Shown: positions 59,030-64,000 of the stretch, piece by piece
How positions within the stretch are numbered: position 1 is the first letter of the stretch
Layout of the letters: every line of letters begins with the position of its first letter
Position numbers and translations under genes: made by a program
Notes under the pieces: model-generated
The model's database searches: none
What the model saw: the letters and a program-made list of their open reading frames with translations, nothing else
What the model was told of the DNA's origin: nothing
Origin: Eledone cirrhosa
Taxonomy: Eukaryota
Assembly: GCA_964016885.1 (NCBI GenBank)
Contig: OZ024743.1
Coordinates: 208,444,001-208,508,000, forward strand
Reading direction: 5' to 3'
Length of the DNA stretch: 64,000 nucleotides

Positions 59030-62000
59030 TTCACTCCATAAGATATACCATAGTTTACCATCATATAGCCACACATGAAAGCTCTTCACTCCATAAGATA
59101 TACCACAGTTTACCATCCTATAGCCACACATGAAAGCTCTTCACTCCATAAGATATACCACAGTTTACCATCCTATAGCCAGATTAAAGCTTTTCACTCC
59201 ATAAGATATACCACAGTTTACCATCATATAGCCACACATGAAAGCTCTTCACTCCATAAGATATACCACAGTTTACCATCCTATCGCCACAGATGAAATC
59301 TCTTAACTCCATAAGATATACCACAGTTTACCATCCTATAGCCACAGATGAAAGCTCTTCACTCCATAAGATATACCACATTTTACCATCCTATAGCCAG
59401 ATGAAAGCTCTTCACTCCATAAGATATACCACAGTTTACTATCATATAGCCACAGATGAAAGCTCTTCACTCCATAAGATATACAACATTTTACCATCCT
59501 ATAGCCAGATGAAACTCTTCACTCCATAAGTTATACCACAGTTTACCATCCTATAGCCACACATGAAAGCTCTTCACTCCATAAGATATACCACAGCTTA
59601 CCATCCTATAGCCAAACATGAAAGCTCTTCACTCCATAAGATATACCATAGTTTACCATCCTATGGCCGCAGATGAAAGCTCTTCACTCCATAAGATATA
59701 CCACAGTTTACCACCCTATGGCCACAGATGAAAGCTCTTCACTCCATAAGATATACCACAGTTTACCATCCTATAGCCACACATGAAAGCACTTCACTCC
59801 ATAAGATATACCACAGTTTACCATCCTATAGCCACAGATGAAAGCTCTTCACTCCATAACATATACCACAGTCTACCATCCTATAGCCACACATGAAAGC
59901 TCTTCACTCCATAAGATATACCACAGTTTACCATCCTATAGCGACACATGAAAGCTCTTCACTCCATAAGATATACCACAGTTTACCATCCTATAGCCAC
60001 ATATGAAAGCTCTTCACTCCATAAGATATACCACAGTTTACCATCCTATAGCGACACATGAAAGCTCTTCACTCCATAAGATATACCACAGTTTACCATC
60101 CTATAGCCACACATGAAAGCTCTTCACTCCATAAGATATACCACAGTTTACTATCCTATAGCCACACATGAAAGCTCTTCACTCCATAAGATATACCACA
60201 GTTTACCATCCTATAGCGACACATGAAAGCTCTTCACTCCATAAGATATACCACAGTTTACCATCCTATAGCCACATATGAAAGCTCTTCACTCCATAAG
60301 ATATACCACAGTTTACCATACTATAGCCACAGATGAAAGCTCTTCACTCCATAAGATATACCACAGTTTACCATCCTATAGCCAGATGAAAGCTTTTCAC
60401 TCCATAAGATATACCACAGTTTACCATCATATAGCCACACATGAAAGCTCTTCACTCCATAAGATATACCACAGTTTACCATCCTATGGCCACAGATGAA
60501 GGCTCTTCACTCCATAAGATATACCACAGTTTACCATCCTATCGCCACTTATGAAATCTCTTCACTCCATAAGATATACCACAGTTTACCATCCTATAGC
60601 CACACATGAAAGCTCTTCACTCCATAAGATATACCACAGTTTACCATCATATAGCCACAGATGAAAGCTCTTCACTCCATAAGATATACGACATTTTACC
60701 ATCCTATAGCCAGATGAAACTCTTCACTCCATAAGTTATACCACCGTTTCCCATCCTATAGCCACACATGAAAGCTCTTTACTCCATAAGATATACCACA
60801 GCTTACCATCCTATAGCCACACATGAAAGCTCTTCACTCCATAAGATATACCACAGTTTACCATCCTATAGCCACAGATGAAAGCTCTTCACTCCATCAG
60901 ATATACCACAGTTTACCATCCTATAGCCAGATGAAAGCTCTTCACTCCATAAGATATACCACAGTTTACCATCCTATAGCCACGCATGAAAGCTCTTCAC
61001 TTCATAAGATATACCACAGTTTACCATCCTATAGCCACACATGAAAGCTCTTCACTCCATAAGATATACCACAGTTTACCATCCTATAGCCACAGATGAA
61101 AGCTCTTCACTCCTTAAAATAAACCACAGTTTACCCTCCTATAGCCACACATGAAAGCTCTTCACTCCATAAGATATACCACAGTTTACCATCCTATAGC
61201 CACAGATGAAAGCTCTTCACTCCATAAGTTATACAACAGTTTACCATCCTATAGCCACAGATGAAAGCTCTTCACTCCATAACATATACCACAGTTTACC
61301 ATCCTATAGCCACACATGAGAGCTCTTCACTCCATAAGATATACGACAGTTTACCATACTATAGCCACAGATGAAAGCTCTTCACTCCATAAGATATACC
61401 ACAGTTTACCATCCTATAGCCAGATGAAAGCTTTTCACTCCATAAGATATACCACAGTTTACCATCATATAGCCACACATGAAAGCTCTTCACTCCATAA
61501 GATATACCACAGTTTACCATCCTATAGCCACACATGAATGCTCTTCACTCCATAAGATATACCACAGTTTACCATCCTATAGCCACACATGAAAGCTCTT
61601 CACTCCATAAGATACACCACAGTTTACCATACTATGGCCACAGATGAAGGCTCTTCACTCCATAAGATATACCACAGTTTACCATCCTATCGCCACAGAT
61701 GAAAGCTCTTCACTCCATAAGATATACCACAGTTTACCATCCTATAGCCACAGATGAAAGCTCTTCACTCCATAAGATATACCACAGTTTACCATCCTAT
61801 AGCCAGATGAAAGCTCTACACTCCATAAGATATACCACAGTTTACCATCCTATAGCCACAGATGAAAGCTCTTCACTCCATAAGATATACGACATTTTAC
61901 CATCCTATAGACAGATGAAACTCTTCACTCCATAAGTTATACCACAGTTTACCATCCTATAGCCACACATGAAAGCTCTTCACTCCATAAGAAATACCAC
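59030..62000. repeat. Diverged ~1.2 kb (~22-monomer) higher-order repeat, three copies
   Basis: The compound marker ACATTTTACC...(C/A)CAGATGAAACTCTTCACTCCATAAGTTAT has its GAAACTC at 59511, 60716 and 61917 (offsets 1205, 1201), each followed by CAGCTTACC. Confidence 0.8.
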
Positions 62001-62149
62001 AGCTTACCATCCTATAGCCACGCCACGGATGAAAGCTCTTCACTCCATAAGATATACCACAGTTTACCATCCTATGGCCGCAGATGAAAGCTCTTCACTC
62101 CATAAGATATACCACAGTTTACCAACAAATGGCCACAGATGAAAACTCT

Positions 62150-63300
62150 TCACTCCATAAGATATACCACAGCTTACCATCCTATAGCCACACATGAAAG
62201 CTCTTCACTCCATAAGATATACCACAATTTACCATCCTATGGCCGCAGATGAAAGCTCTTCACTCCATAAGATATACCACAGTTTACCACCAAATGGCCA
62301 CAGATGAAAGCTCTTCACTCCATAAGATATACCACAGTTTACCATCCTATAGCCACGCCACGGATGAAAGCTCTTCACTCTATAAGATATACCACAGTTT
62401 ACCATCCTATAGCCACAGATGAAAGCTCTTCACTCTATAAGTTATACCACCATTTAACATCCTATAGTCACACATGAAAGCTCTTCACTCCATAAGATAT
62501 ACCACAGTTTACCATCCTATAGCCAGATGAAAGCTCTTCAATCCATAAGATATACCACAGTTTACCATCCTATAGCCACAGATGAAAGCTTTTCACTCCA
62601 TAAGATATACCACAGTTTACCATCCTATAGCCACACATGAAAGCTCTTCACTCCATAAGATATACCACAGTTTACCATCCTATAGCCACACATGAAAGCC
62701 CTTCACTCCATAAGATATACCACAGTTTACCATCCTATAGCCACACATGAAAGCTCTTCACTCCATAAGATATACCACAGTTTACCATCCTATAGCCACA
62801 GATGAAAGCTCTTCACTCCACAACATATACCACAGTTTACCATCCTATAGCCACTCATGAGAGCTCTTCACTCCATAATATATACCACAGTTTACCATCC
62901 TATAGCCACACATGAAAGCTCTTCACTCCATAAGATATACCACAGCTTACCATCCTATAGCCACACATGAAAGCTCTTCACTCCATAAGATATACCACAA
63001 TTTAACATCCTATGGCCGCAGATGAAAGCTCTTCACTCCATAAGATATACCACAGTTTACCACCCTATGGCCACAGATGAAAGCTCTTCACTCCATAAGA
63101 TATACCACAGTTTACCATCCTATAGCCACGCCACGGATGAAAGCTCTTCACTCTATAAGATATACCACAGTTTACCATCCTATAGCCACAGATGAAAGCT
63201 CTTCACTCTATAAGATAGACCACCATTTAACATCCTATAGTCACACATGAAAGCTCTTCACTCAATAAGATATACCACAGTTTACCATCCTATAGCCAGA
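62150..63300. repeat. Duplication at offset 773 bp (14 monomers): ~62150-62530 and ~62920-63300
   Basis: CAGCTT, CAATTT+GGCCGCA, 60-mer (62352/63125), CTCTATAA x2, CACCATTTAACAT, TAGTCAC and 53-mer occur in the same order. 773 = 14x55 + 3. Confidence 0.85.
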
Positions 63301-64000
63301 TGAAAGCTCTTCACTCCATAAGATATACCACAGTTTACCATCCTATAGCCACACATGAAAGCTTTTCACTCCATAAGATATACCACAGTTTACCATCCTA
63401 TAGCCAGATGAAAGCTCTTCACTCCATAAGATATACCACAGTTTACCATCTTATAGCCACACATGAAAGCTCTTCACTCCATAAGATATACCACAGTTTA
63501 CCATCCTATAGCCACACATGAAAGCTCTTCACTCCATAAGATATACCACAGTTTACCATCCTATAACCACAGATGAAAGCTCTTCACTCCACAACATATA
63601 CCACAGTTTACCATCCTATAGCCACACATGAGAGCTCTTCACTCCATAAGATATACCACAGTTTACCATCCTATAGCCACACATGAAAGCTCTTCACTCC
63701 ATAAGATATACCACAGTTTACCATCCTATAGCCACAGATGAAAGCTTTTCACTCCATAAGATATACCACAGTTTACCATCCTATAGCCACACATGAAAGC
63801 TCTTCACTCCATAAGATATACCACAGTTTACTAGCCTATAGCCATAGATGAAAGCTCTTCACTCCATAAGATATACCACAGTTTACCATCCTATAGCCAC
63901 ACATGAAAACTCTTCACTCCATAAGATATACCACAGTTTACCATCCTATAGCCACACATGAAAGCTCTTCACTCCATAAAATATACCACAGTTTACCATC

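Larger units (their letters stand above)
1..64000. repeat. 55-bp tandem satellite DNA array, ~1,165 monomers, single orientation, running off both ends of the window
   Basis: Bases 1-55 (TATACCACAGTTTACCATCCTATAGCCACAGATGAAAGCTCTTCACTCCATAAGA) recur from base 56 onward to base 64000 with no unique sequence. Most monomers differ from consensus by 0-2 substitutions apart from a common C/G dimorphism at monomer position 31. Confidence 0.99.
55700..64000. repeat. More diverged sub-family domain of the same satellite, marked by the TAGCCAGATG 53-mer
   Basis: TAGCCAGATG 53-mers become frequent from ~55783, TAGCTAGATG is last seen at ~58033, and more monomers carry several substitutions. Confidence 0.8.

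Noticed and set aside
268-63020. Variants creating CpG at CpA sites (TTCGCT, CCGTAA, CCGTCC, GCCGCA, CCGCAG) as relics of methylation decay
   Set aside because: 7-8 of the 19 A residues per monomer follow a C, so ordinary A>G transitions would often create CpG by chance. Cannot be supported without counts.
36466-63521. 17 short ORFs encoding MKALHSIRYTTVYHPIAT(D/H)ESSSLHKIYHSLPSYS repeats
   Set aside because: 55 is not divisible by 3, so translation cycles through frames and normally stops after ~37 codons. ORFs lengthen only where a length variant resets the frame, mostly a 53-mer lacking the in-frame TAG (55+53 = 108 nt = 36 codons). No domain, no unique flanks and no sign of selection.
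1-64000. CRISPR array or repeat-spacer system
   Set aside because: There are no unique spacers: the variable segment has only a few closely related alleles. No leader or cas genes, and the repeat is not strongly palindromic.
1-64000. Giant repetitive protein gene (mucin/adhesin-like) on either strand
   Set aside because: The period is not a multiple of 3, frameshifting length variants are frequent, stops recur in every reading path, and the ORF track shows nothing on the minus strand.
1-64000. Tandem RNA-gene cluster (tRNA, 5S, spliced leader, snRNA) or telomeric repeat
   Set aside because: No cloverleaf, recognisable pol III A/B boxes, Sm site or T-run terminator in the consensus. The unit is too short for these clusters and unlike short G-rich telomere repeats, although a satellite-type chromosome end cannot be excluded.
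1-64000. CENP-B box or G-quadruplex/i-motif potential
   Set aside because: No match to the CENP-B box core (needs TTCG....A..CGGG; the consensus has no CpG). C-runs are only 2 nt in the consensus, weak for stable G4/i-motif.
1-64000. C/G dimorphism as a deliberate information code or a strict fixed-period HOR
   Set aside because: The pattern is explained by copying of variable-length blocks; no single constant period holds across the window.
1-64000. Whole array as a sequencing concatemer or rolling-circle artefact
   Set aside because: Variants are inherited hierarchically in nested blocks with regional alleles, unlike random errors on a single circular template. Individual near-perfect duplications still need read validation.

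Overview
The whole 64 kb window is one uninterrupted head-to-tail satellite DNA array on a single strand: about 1,165 copies of a 55-bp monomer, consensus TATACCACAGTTTACCATCCTATAGCCACA(C/G)ATGAAAGCTCTTCACTCCATAAGA (40% GC, C-rich/G-poor on +, no CpG in the consensus). I see no genes, RNA genes, transposon insertions, inversions or CRISPR spacers. All 17 listed ORFs are by-products of the repeat. The information lies in the variants. Recurrent 53-bp and 60-bp monomers and point variants mark nested higher-order duplications (about 0.77, 1.04, 1.2, 2.25, 3.25, 3.58, 3.97, 4.7, 5.8 and 5.9 kb offsets), an ordered cassette of variant monomers that recurs across the array, and a switch of sub-family after ~55.7 kb. 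This looks like eukaryotic heterochromatic satellite, but I do not recognise the family or organism and cannot tell whether it is centromeric. I found no evidence of a novel protein- or RNA-coding system. Offsets were measured by eye from marker variants; block boundaries are approximate (plus or minus 1-2 monomers).
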